Assembly: GCA_028694645.1 (NCBI GenBank)
Contig: JAQVKM010000003.1
Coordinates: 1,297-65,296 of the forward strand
DNA: 64,000 nt
From: Bacilli bacterium
Lineage (GTDB): Bacteria; Bacillota_I; Bacilli_A; RF39; UBA660
Direction of reading: 5' to 3'
Made by a program: the position numbers and the translations under genes. Within the stretch, counting starts at the first letter, position 1. Every line of letters begins with the position of its first letter. Positions 19,584 through 28,933 of this stretch are shown piece by piece. The notes under the pieces were generated by a model. It was not told the DNA's origin. It saw only the letters and a list, made by a program, of their open reading frames with translations, and made no database searches.

Positions 19584-22005
19584 AATCAACATCATTTCTA
19601 CTTAATATTTGAGCAGGGGTTTTTCTTAAAGTATTAAATACCGGTAATAATCCCACTATAATATTAAACATAAAAAATAAAATAAAACTAATTAGTATAG
19701 TTATTTCATTAACTAAAAATTGTTTTTCAAATATTTTACTTACATTAGTTAAATTAGATAATATATATGTCATAAATAAAATTCCAGTTACACCAGTAGA
19801 TATTGATATAGCTAGTATTTCTCCTAAAAACATTTTATAAATATCTACTTTCTTAACTCCAATAGCTCGAAGTATCCCAATTTCTTTTATTCGAGATAAA
19901 AATGAAGCTCTTATCATTAAATATATTTCAATTAATGATATCCCTATTATTATTAAAGCTACAATAAGTGTTGCCATAATTTCATTTTGTATATCTTTTT
20001 TATATTCATTTTTATCTTTTAAATAAGAATCTTGAATGTTTATATTATTTTCTTTAAAATAATTTATTGTTTCTTGCTTATTATTTGCATATATAGTTAT
20101 TTCATTATTATCATCTATTAATTTGTATTTAATAGTGTTGCTATTTACATAATAATTTTCTTTATTGTATTTATCGTAATAATACCCTACTACTTTAAGT
20201 TTGACATTATTAATTTTAATGTCTAGTAGTTTATTTAATAAATTATTATCTTCAGTAAAAGAAGATATATTAATGATTACTTCATAATCATTTTCTGGCA
20301 TTCTTCCTTTTTTAATTTCAATTTTGTTTTTTACAATATCATAATTGATAATATTACCAGTAGCTGTTTCTTCAAAGTATGAACCTTCAGAACTAGAATT
20401 TGATAAAATATTTATAAAATTTGTTTCTTTTGTATAAATTGATGGACTACTTAAATCTGTAATTCCAACTATTTTAAAACTATCTAAATTTTTAATGCTA
20501 ATTTCTTTATTTAAAAATCCTTGAACATCATTTATTCCTAATTGTTGTGGAATATATTCATCAAATAAACTATTCAAACATTTTTTATCAACAACTATTT
20601 CATAATCGTTTTCTGGCATTTTACCATATATTAAATCATCATTTGTTATCATATTTAAAGTTGATAATGAACCTCTAAGTAGCTGCCTAGTATTATAAGT
20701 TTGATAATAATTATCATATTTAATATTAAAAACAACATTTGAATCACCTGGAATTATATAATTAATATATTCCAACTTTTCATAATTTAAGTAATTATTT
20801 AAATCAATGTTATTTAATTTTATATTAAGATAATTTTTGTTTGTTTTTACAAAATCATCGTCTTTTATATTTGTTATCCCAAATATATTAGATATCGCAT
20901 AAGTTATGAATATAGCTGATACTAAAAAACCTAACAATAATATTTTTTTTAATATTGAATAATTAAATATTCTTTTAAAACCATTTATTAATAATGTTAT
21001 TGGATTGTAAATTGATGCATATTTTATTTTAACATTATTATTTATTATTTGATTAAAATCAAATTGATATTTTAAATAACTTTCTTTTGAAATTTTTTTA
21101 TAATTATCATCTATTAATTCAATATTTGAGTTATCAATCAAATTAAAATTATCATTACACTCTAAATAAATATTATTATTTTTAACAACTATTTTTAAAT
21201 TTAATTTTTCTTTATTATCATTATAATAATCAATATTAATATTATTATTTTTGATTTGCTCATGATTTTGCATATCTTTTAAATAAATTTTATTATCTAT
21301 TTTATAATCCAAATCTTCATCGTGATCATTATTTTTATCGCTTGTTATTTTTCCATCTACTATTTCAATTATTCTTGAAGCATAAAAGTTTGCTAAATCT
21401 TTTTCATGTGTAACCAATATAACTAATTTGTCTTTTGATATAGCTTTAATTATATTCATTATTTCTAAGGAGTTTTTACTATCTAAATTACCAGTTGGTT
21501 CATCAGCAATAATTATATTTGGATTTTTAACTATTGCACGAGCTATCCCTACTCTTTGTCTTTCTCCACCTGATAACATGCTAGCTAATCTGTTTTTATA
21601 TTTATAAATGCCAACTGTATTTAATATATAATCAACTCTTTTTTTAATTTCTAATTTATCTTTTATTCCTATCATTTTTAAAACTAAAGCTACATTTTCA
21701 TATACTGTTAAGTTGTCTAATAAATTATAATTTTGAAATATATATCCAATATTCATTGTTCTAATTTCATCTATTTTAGAAGTTCTAAATCTTGTTATTT
21801 TTTTATTATTGATATATATTTTACCTTTATTTATTTTGTCCAAGCCACCTATTACATTTAGTAATGTTGTTTTTCCCGAACCAGAATTACCTAATAAAGC
21901 TACTAAACCATTATTATCCAAAATTAAAGAGGTATTATTTATAACATGAATTTCATTTTTTTTATTTTTGTTGAAATATTTTTCTACATTTTCTAATTTT
22001 ATCAT
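19582..22005 (-). CDS. ABC transporter, fused ATP-binding and FtsX-type permease protein (807 aa)
   Basis: The N-terminal NBD has GNSGSGKTTLLN, LSGGERQRVGIARAI, IIADEPTGNLD and VTHE. Then come one TM segment, a large extracytoplasmic Asn/Ile-rich region, and a C-terminal 3-TM FtsX bundle. Confidence 0.8.
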   Translation of the reverse strand: MIKLENVEKYFNKNKKNEIHVINNTSLILDNNGLVALLGNSGSGKTTLLNVIGGLDKINKGKIYINNKKITRFRTSKIDEIRTMNIGYIFQNYNLLDNLTVYENVALVLKMIGIKDKLEIKKRVDYILNTVGIYKYKNRLASMLSGGERQRVGIARAIVKNPNIIIADEPTGNLDSKNSLEIMNIIKAISKDKLVILVTHEKDLANFYASRIIEIVDGKITSDKNNDHDEDLDYKIDNKIYLKDMQNHEQIKNNNINIDYYNDNKEKLNLKIVVKNNNIYLECNDNFNLIDNSNIELIDDNYKKISKESYLKYQFDFNQIINNNVKIKYASIYNPITLLINGFKRIFNYSILKKILLLGFLVSAIFITYAISNIFGITNIKDDDFVKTNKNYLNIKLNNIDLNNYLNYEKLEYINYIIPGDSNVVFNIKYDNYYQTYNTRQLLRGSLSTLNMITNDDLIYGKMPENDYEIVVDKKCLNSLFDEYIPQQLGINDVQGFLNKEISIKNLDSFKIVGITDLSSPSIYTKETNFINILSNSSSEGSYFEETATGNIINYDIVKNKIEIKKGRMPENDYEVIINISSFTEDNNLLNKLLDIKINNVKLKVVGYYYDKYNKENYYVNSNTIKYKLIDDNNEITIYANNKQETINYFKENNINIQDSYLKDKNEYKKDIQNEIMATLIVALIIIGISLIEIYLMIRASFLSRIKEIGILRAIGVKKVDIYKMFLGEILAISISTGVTGILFMTYILSNLTNVSKIFEKQFLVNEITILISFILFFMFNIIVGLLPVFNTLRKTPAQILSRNDVD

Positions 22006-22006
22006 A

Positions 22007-24235
22007 TTAGCTTTCCTCTCTATAAGTATTCATAGCTGATTTTTTAAATAGTTTTCTAGCATATCTATTAGATATAAATAATGAAATAACAAATAATATA
22101 ATATATAAAATAAAATAGTCAATTACTTCTAAAAATGAGATTAAATCTTTTAAATATGTATTATTTATATAATTATTATTAATTAAAATTACTGAAATTA
22201 AAATAATTGTGTATGCTAAATTTAGTATTGTAAATAATTCAATATTAAGTAAATTTTTAGCATTTTTTCTAGTTGAACCTAATATCCTTATTGTTGAAAA
22301 ATATATATTTCTAGATTTTAATATTATTTTAATAACAAAATAAGATATGAAAAATAAGGCAGTTGTTAAAATTATTGATATTATTATTTTAAATGCTTTA
22401 CTTAATATATAAGCTTCTTTATATGGATCTACTAAAGTTTTTTTAATATCAAGTACTGCAAATCCTAAATTTTGAAGTTCATCAATTGTTTCATTTTTTT
22501 GTTTAATATTATTTATATATATTGTACTTTGATAATTTCCTTTATCAAACAAATTAATATAATCATTTGGATTGACATAAAAATTACCAGTAGCTGATGC
22601 ATAATCATCTATATTAAGTAAAGTTTTTATGTTTTTTTCATTATATGTTTTTTCTACTGTTAAATTTAATTCATTTTCAAAATACATATTTTTAATATTT
22701 ATTTTAACAGGATAATTAATGCACTTACTATTTTGACATTTATAATTCATTTCTTCTGGAATATATACAGATCCTGGTTTAACTAAATTACTTGTTGTTA
22801 TTTTATAATAACCATAATTAGAATCTGAAGAATATATTTCATTGTTAAATAATATTTCAACACTACTATAAGAACTGTTAAGAGATTTTCTTATATCATC
22901 TAATACTTTGTTATTAACATAAAATTTAACACTATAGTCTAAATCCTCATCATATATAATTCCAACTATTTTCAATTTATAATTTAATACATTTGACCCA
23001 TCATCATAATTTTGAACAAACATTTCTTTATTTAATAAATTATCATTTTCAACATTAAAATCTGATAAATTATAATTATCTTTAGAACCAACAATAATAA
23101 TTTCATTTTCATTTTCTGGCATTTTACCGATTACATTTTCATTTTTTAATAAATTTAAATCATATGTTGTTCCCTCAAAATAAAGATTATCATCATGTAC
23201 AACAATTGATTTATCTATTAACAAATCATTTTTAACAATATAATCAATATTTTCTAAATTAATTATTTTATTGTATTCTTCATCACTTATTGTACTTAAA
23301 TCATTTTTTTGTATAATTAATCTTTTATCACTTTTATCTACAAAGTATTGATTATTTCCATTATTTGAGTAAACATATTCTTGTTTTTTATATGATGAAT
23401 ATTCACTTATTACAGATACTGATAAAAATAAATAAACCATAAGCAATAACAAAAATTTTGGAAAAATATTAAAAGCATTTCTGATACCTAATCTTATTTT
23501 ATTAAAAAAAGTAATTTCTTTAAAATCATTTAATATTGGTTTTTTTATTTCGGTAATGGTTTTAATTTTTTTATCTTCTATTATTTTTCCATCATTCATT
23601 TTTATTTTACGTGTCACATATTTTTCTATTTGTTCATAATTATGTGTCACAATTATAACTAATTTATCTTTTGATACATTATATAAAAGTTCCATTATTG
23701 CTTCTGCTGCTTTGCTATCTAAATTACCAGTTGGTTCATCTGCTAATATAATAGGAGTATCTTTGACAAGAGCTCTTGCTATAGCTACTCTTTGTTTTTG
23801 TCCACCAGATAATTTTGATGCTTTAGTATTTCTATATTTGTATAAATCAACTTTTTTAATAACATCTATTATTTTATTTTTTATATCTTTTTTGTTAAAT
23901 CCATTTAATAATAATATCAATTCTATATTTTGATAAACTGTATAACTATTAACTAAATTAAAATTTTGAAATATATTAGCTATATATTTTTTTCTATATG
24001 CTTCAAAATCTTTTTCTGTATATCCACTAGTTTCTTCATCATTAATGTACATTTCTCCTTCTTCATAAGAATCCAAACCAGATATTACATTTAACAAAGT
24101 AGATTTTCCACTTCCGCTTTCTCCTGTTATTGCTACAAATTCATTGATTTCTAATTGTAAATTGATTTTACTAAATCCACTAGCTACCATTCCTTTTGTA
24201 TAATAAAATTTAGATACGTTTTTTAAATTTAGCAT
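22007..24235 (-). CDS. ABC transporter, fused ATP-binding and FtsX-type permease protein (742 aa), paralog of the downstream gene
   Basis: The NBD has GESGSGKSTLLN, LSGGQKQRVAIARAL, ILADEPTGNLD and VTHN. The C-terminal FtsX-like bundle has TM segments. It is separated by 1 nt from the next gene, so the two are probably co-translated as a heterodimer pair. Confidence 0.8.
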   Translation of the reverse strand: MLNLKNVSKFYYTKGMVASGFSKINLQLEINEFVAITGESGSGKSTLLNVISGLDSYEEGEMYINDEETSGYTEKDFEAYRKKYIANIFQNFNLVNSYTVYQNIELILLLNGFNKKDIKNKIIDVIKKVDLYKYRNTKASKLSGGQKQRVAIARALVKDTPIILADEPTGNLDSKAAEAIMELLYNVSKDKLVIIVTHNYEQIEKYVTRKIKMNDGKIIEDKKIKTITEIKKPILNDFKEITFFNKIRLGIRNAFNIFPKFLLLLMVYLFLSVSVISEYSSYKKQEYVYSNNGNNQYFVDKSDKRLIIQKNDLSTISDEEYNKIINLENIDYIVKNDLLIDKSIVVHDDNLYFEGTTYDLNLLKNENVIGKMPENENEIIIVGSKDNYNLSDFNVENDNLLNKEMFVQNYDDGSNVLNYKLKIVGIIYDEDLDYSVKFYVNNKVLDDIRKSLNSSYSSVEILFNNEIYSSDSNYGYYKITTSNLVKPGSVYIPEEMNYKCQNSKCINYPVKINIKNMYFENELNLTVEKTYNEKNIKTLLNIDDYASATGNFYVNPNDYINLFDKGNYQSTIYINNIKQKNETIDELQNLGFAVLDIKKTLVDPYKEAYILSKAFKIIISIILTTALFFISYFVIKIILKSRNIYFSTIRILGSTRKNAKNLLNIELFTILNLAYTIILISVILINNNYINNTYLKDLISFLEVIDYFILYIILFVISLFISNRYARKLFKKSAMNTYREES

Positions 24236-24487
24236 ATAAGCCTCCTATTTTATATATTATAATTATATTATAACATGTATTATTTCAAACATAAAGTTTT
24301 TACAATAATAAAAAAACTCTATAATTAATAGAGTTTACAGTAAACAAAGGAGGATTTATATTAATAAATATTATTTTATTCATGATTTTTTATGTTATTT
24401 GGATTTTTTTCATCTCCTTTCTTAATATAAATTTTATCAATCAATTATGAAATATTTGTTAATTATTTGTGAAAAATAAAAGAACAG

Positions 24488-26305
24488 CTATAAATATTTT
24501 TCAGCTATTCTTTTCATTTCTGTTTCTAATTTAAATTTAAGAACATAATCTTTAAATCCTTCTTCTAAATAATGTTCTTTTATTATTTCTTTATTCTTTT
24601 CTAACATTATTATAACTGGTGTTTTAAATTTATCTATTTTTTGTAATTCTTGCAATGTAGCTAATCCTGTATCTGGAGTCATGTCATCATCCATCAAAAT
24701 CAAATCAAATTTTTGATTTGTTTTGATTTTTTCAACACAATCACTTCCATACATAGTTGTCACTATTTCTAAATTTTTATTATTTAATTTTTTTGTTATT
24801 TCTTCTAATATTTCTTTAGAATCATCAACTATTAATATTCTTTTATTTTTAAATATTGTTTTAGTATATTCATTTAATTTATCATTTTCATCTATTTTAT
24901 TTTTTATTAATTGTTCAATAACAACTATAAATTCTGATCCTTTTTTTTCTTCACTTTTTATTAATATATTTCCACCTAGTAATCTAATTATTTTAGTAAC
25001 AACATTGATATTTAAATTGATATCATCTAGTAATTTATTTTCTTCATTTAATTCCTCGTTGATACTTAATAATGAATTAACTTTATCAATAGACATTCCA
25101 CATCCTGTATCTTCAATTGATATAATAAGACGGCAAACGTCATTTTTATTTATTGCATCGGCATTTATTTCAATATATCCCTCTTTTGTATATTTAATTG
25201 CATTTTCTAATAATGTAGTAATTATTTGTTTTATTTTAACTACATCACCATAAAGAGTTTCTGGAATGTTTTCATTTATATTCATTTTAAAATCAATATT
25301 TGATTTTATTTCATTTTTGTATTTTGAGTAAATTTCTGAAAATAAATTTTTTATATTGTATGTGTTTGACATCATTTTAATATTGTATGAATCTAATGAT
25401 GAAACGCCAAGAACATTATTGACTACTGATTTTAATTGTTTGGCACTGTATTCAACATATTTTATTCCTTTATTTATTGTTTCTTCTTCTTGTGTTGATT
25501 TCATAATATTACTTACTTTTAGTATGTCTTCAATTGGTTGTCTTACTTCTTGGGCCATTCTAAATAAAAAGTTAGATTTATCTTCATTAGCTTTTTCTAT
25601 TAAAAGTCTATTTTTATTCATTTCTTGAATCATTTTTGTGTCTGGATTTTCTATTGTAAAATACATAAGTAAAGTTATAAATGTTTCTGTTGATGTTATT
25701 AAAAGCAAACTTGGATTATTATATTGAATAAACATAACAATTCCACCTATTAGTATCAAGACAAATAATGGAACATATTTTTTAAATCCATATTTTTTAA
25801 TTGATTTAAAGTTTTTAATAAATAAAAGAAAAGAAAATGTAATATATAATATTGAAATAACATATATTAAATTTACACTTATTCCATATGTATAAACTAT
25901 ATTAGCTTGTCTATAAATGTTTGTTGGCAAAAAAATTACAAATAGTGTAATTACAAAATCTAATAAAATAATTATTTTAATTCTTTTTTTTATAATTTTA
26001 TCATAATTTTCTTTATGTCTTCCTTTATATGTTACGGCATAAATATATGTAAATAAAAAAGATATCCATAAAACTAAATAAATCAAATATGATTTAACTA
26101 CTAGCAAATTAATAATTGGTATTTTTTCTAAATTATAAATTGTAACATAACTTAAAATATGTAATATTTGACCAACTAAACTTAATACTATTAATGAACC
26201 ATATATTTTATTTTCAGTACTTTTATATTGATTTTTAGTATAGTAAACAATAAACAATAAAACTATATCTAATAAACCAAAAAATTGAAAATATATATTT
26301 ATCAT
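24488..26305 (-). CDS. Hybrid sensor histidine kinase/response-regulator receiver protein (605 aa), H-box His replaced by Gln
   Basis: It has an N-terminal 6-TM sensor region and a DHp-like segment EDKSNFLFRMAQEVRQPIEDI, where AQE replaces the canonical SHE. The HATPase_c domain has the N box NAIKYTKEG and the G boxes DTGCGM and GSEF. The C-terminal receiver has RILIVDDSKE...LILMDDDMTPDTG...TPVIIM...KDYVLK. Confidence 0.75.
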   Translation of the reverse strand: MINIYFQFFGLLDIVLLFIVYYTKNQYKSTENKIYGSLIVLSLVGQILHILSYVTIYNLEKIPIINLLVVKSYLIYLVLWISFLFTYIYAVTYKGRHKENYDKIIKKRIKIIILLDFVITLFVIFLPTNIYRQANIVYTYGISVNLIYVISILYITFSFLLFIKNFKSIKKYGFKKYVPLFVLILIGGIVMFIQYNNPSLLLITSTETFITLLMYFTIENPDTKMIQEMNKNRLLIEKANEDKSNFLFRMAQEVRQPIEDILKVSNIMKSTQEEETINKGIKYVEYSAKQLKSVVNNVLGVSSLDSYNIKMMSNTYNIKNLFSEIYSKYKNEIKSNIDFKMNINENIPETLYGDVVKIKQIITTLLENAIKYTKEGYIEINADAINKNDVCRLIISIEDTGCGMSIDKVNSLLSINEELNEENKLLDDINLNINVVTKIIRLLGGNILIKSEEKKGSEFIVVIEQLIKNKIDENDKLNEYTKTIFKNKRILIVDDSKEILEEITKKLNNKNLEIVTTMYGSDCVEKIKTNQKFDLILMDDDMTPDTGLATLQELQKIDKFKTPVIIMLEKNKEIIKEHYLEEGFKDYVLKFKLETEMKRIAEKYL

Positions 26306-26402
26306 TAAATCACCTTCTTTATTTTAAGTATAGCACTTTTTTATTTTAAAGTAAAACAAAAAGAATAGTCTTTTTATTAGTTTTACTCTATTCTTTTTTA
26401 TA

Positions 26403-28190
26403 TTAATTATTTAGTTGTTTTGTTTTATAATATGTATAATTTTTCTTTTTAGCATCTGTTCTTTTTATTTCTTCTTCAATTTTAATTTCAGAAGGTTGAG
26501 CAAATTCTTCTAGATTGCTACACTTATTAATTATAGTATTTATAAGTTCTTCTTTTGTTAACTTACAATCTGTTCTTAAAGAAACATAAGCTACTGGTTT
26601 TGGTACTCCTGTTGAATCAGATGGCACAACGACACAGTCTTCTATACAACCTGTTGATAAAATCATATCTTCTACCGCTCCAGCATAAACTTTAACAAAA
26701 TTACCATTGCTATCAGCTGTAATGAAATACTCTCTTATTCTTCCACCAAGTTTAATAAGTCTATTAAGATTTCCATGAACTGAACCATAAGTATCTGATA
26801 CAAACCATGTTTTTCCATTTTCATCGCTGACAAATGATTTTTTTGTTGCCTCTTCATTGTTATAATATCCATTTGCTATAGTTGAACCTGTAAAACATAA
26901 AATTCCTTCTTTATCATTAGGTAATATTTTTTTAGTTTCAGGATCTATTGCTTTAGCTTCTATCCCATTCATTAAAACAAAGTAATCATTTAAGCCAAAT
27001 TTTAATGCAACTGCACTTCCCATTTCTCCAAATCCAAATCCATCAATAAGTAGTGAAGATGAATTTTTTTTACTTAAAAATTTTAGTAATGACAATTTTT
27101 CTTGTTTTAAATATGTTTCTCCACCAGAAACAACATTTTTTAAAAATGATAAGTCATTAATTTCTTCATCATTCATTTCTAATAATTTATATAAGTTAGG
27201 AATCGCTTGTATTTTTTCTGGTTTTTCTTTTAATAAGTCATTAAAAGATATTTTTCCACTTTTGTCATTTTTAGGCATTATTAAAGTTTTTCCAAATAAT
27301 AAAACCATAATTGTACTATTAATAGCAGCATATGGATATTCATGTGATACAACTCCAACAACTTTTTCTTTATCACATTTTTTTACACTAGTTGATTTTT
27401 CTATTGTATCAGCCATCGTAATATAAACTTTATTTGATATTATAATTGGTTTAGCTTCTCCGCTTGATCCACTTGTATATAAAATTGAAGCTATATCTTT
27501 TTCATCACATTTTTCTATGTATTCAAGATTTATTTCAGAACCTATTTTTTGAACTTTATTCCAAGTAATTAAATTAATATTAGGATGTGTCTTTCTAAAG
27601 TTATATAATGTTTGTTCATCACAATCTGAAATCATTATAACATTTTTAATTGCTGTTTCATTTACAATATTATTTAAAACTTCAATATTTTTTTCATCTA
27701 TTAAAATTGTTTTAGATTCAAAATCAATGATATTTTTTTTCATTTTTTCTTCTTTTGAACCATTGAATATTCTGGCATTAACTAATCCTAATTTACTTTC
27801 AGCAAAAAAAGCTATAATCCCTTCAGCAGAGCTGTTAGCACAAATAGATATTTTTTCTCCTTTTTTAGCATATATTAAATAATGCAAATATTTAGCTAAA
27901 TTATCAACTTCATATATCATTTGTTCATAAGTAATGTTTCTATTTTCAATAATTGCATATTCTTTTAATAAGTGTTTATTTTCTTCAATAAGTTTTATTA
28001 TTTTTTTATATGGTGTATTTACATCACTACTTATTTTTAAATTACCATTATTATTTAGCTTACATAATTTGTAATGATTTTTTAAATTTTTTAATATTAA
28101 ACCATGAGTTATTAAATTACTTATTAAATATCCATTTTTTGATAAATTTATTTTTATTTTAGATATTATTTCTTCATTATTCATATTCAT
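26403..28190 (-). CDS. Adenylate-forming (AMP-binding) enzyme, acyl-CoA/acyl-carrier ligase-like, divergent (595 aa)
   Basis: The AMP-binding core motif is ILYTSGSSGEAKP. GFGFGEMGSAV and a Lys-containing C-terminal subdomain are present. A roughly 110-aa N-terminal extension has no assignable domain. Confidence 0.65.
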   Translation of the reverse strand: MNMNNEEIISKIKINLSKNGYLISNLITHGLILKNLKNHYKLCKLNNNGNLKISSDVNTPYKKIIKLIEENKHLLKEYAIIENRNITYEQMIYEVDNLAKYLHYLIYAKKGEKISICANSSAEGIIAFFAESKLGLVNARIFNGSKEEKMKKNIIDFESKTILIDEKNIEVLNNIVNETAIKNVIMISDCDEQTLYNFRKTHPNINLITWNKVQKIGSEINLEYIEKCDEKDIASILYTSGSSGEAKPIIISNKVYITMADTIEKSTSVKKCDKEKVVGVVSHEYPYAAINSTIMVLLFGKTLIMPKNDKSGKISFNDLLKEKPEKIQAIPNLYKLLEMNDEEINDLSFLKNVVSGGETYLKQEKLSLLKFLSKKNSSSLLIDGFGFGEMGSAVALKFGLNDYFVLMNGIEAKAIDPETKKILPNDKEGILCFTGSTIANGYYNNEEATKKSFVSDENGKTWFVSDTYGSVHGNLNRLIKLGGRIREYFITADSNGNFVKVYAGAVEDMILSTGCIEDCVVVPSDSTGVPKPVAYVSLRTDCKLTKEELINTIINKCSNLEEFAQPSEIKIEEEIKRTDAKKKNYTYYKTKQLNN

Positions 28191-28208
28191 GATAAAATCC
28201 CCCTCTTT

Positions 28209-28904
28209 TTAGTGGTGTATTCTAGCACATATGTTCTTGTTTGTCAAATTGCCATTTTTAGAAAATATATACTTATCTATCATAAAACATATATATCCTG
28301 TAACAATAAAAAATAAAAATAAAGCAATATTTGTAACACTTACATTAATAAAACCAATTTCATCTATATCCATAAATTGATATGGATATTTTGATGTATC
28401 TGAAATGCCTAATCCTCCTCCTAAAAAGGCTGATATAAAGGCAGTTGATGTATATATAAATGGAATAATCATCCAAACAAATGGTTCATATTTTTTTATT
28501 GTTCCTTTTACATCAAATAATACCCAGTCTAGAAAAGTCATTATAGGAACTATATAATGTAATCCTAAAAATGATGAGTCATAAAAAGTTTTAAAAGAAA
28601 AAGTCATTTTTAAAATTACAGCTGATGTTATAAATGTAAGTGCCATACATGTAACAACTGAACCTTTTAAAACAGGAATAAAGGATTTGTCTTTTTTTGT
28701 TATAGTTATATATAATATATCTATAGTAAAGTATATTACACACAAGATATTACTTATTGTTGTAAACATTGAAAAAACCCTTAAATCAAGTTTATTATCT
28801 AATATACCTGTAACTGCTATTATTGAAAAAACAGCTATTAAACATATAATTAATTTATATATTATTGATATCTTTTTATTTTTTATTCTCATATTTATCA
28901 CCAA
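28209..28904 (-). CDS. Hypothetical polytopic membrane protein (about 6 TM)
   Basis: It is hydrophobic throughout and carries a conserved-looking HYIVPIMTFLDWVLFD segment. No family could be assigned by eye. The start is probably the Met 5 residues in (MRIKNKK). Confidence 0.35.
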   Translation of the reverse strand: MVINMRIKNKKISIIYKLIICLIAVFSIIAVTGILDNKLDLRVFSMFTTISNILCVIYFTIDILYITITKKDKSFIPVLKGSVVTCMALTFITSAVILKMTFSFKTFYDSSFLGLHYIVPIMTFLDWVLFDVKGTIKKYEPFVWMIIPFIYTSTAFISAFLGGGLGISDTSKYPYQFMDIDEIGFINVSVTNIALFLFFIVTGYICFMIDKYIFSKNGNLTNKNICARIHH

Positions 28905-28933
28905 TTTTATTATAACATAAATAAAAAGAATAG

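Noticed and set aside
24481-24775. A near-identical 300-bp segment duplicated at 28927-29220, considered as an IS element, MITE or mobile-element end.
   Set aside because: Both copies are the in-frame 3' ends of paralogous kinase genes. There are no terminal inverted repeats, transposase or target-site duplications. It is better explained by gene duplication and gene conversion.
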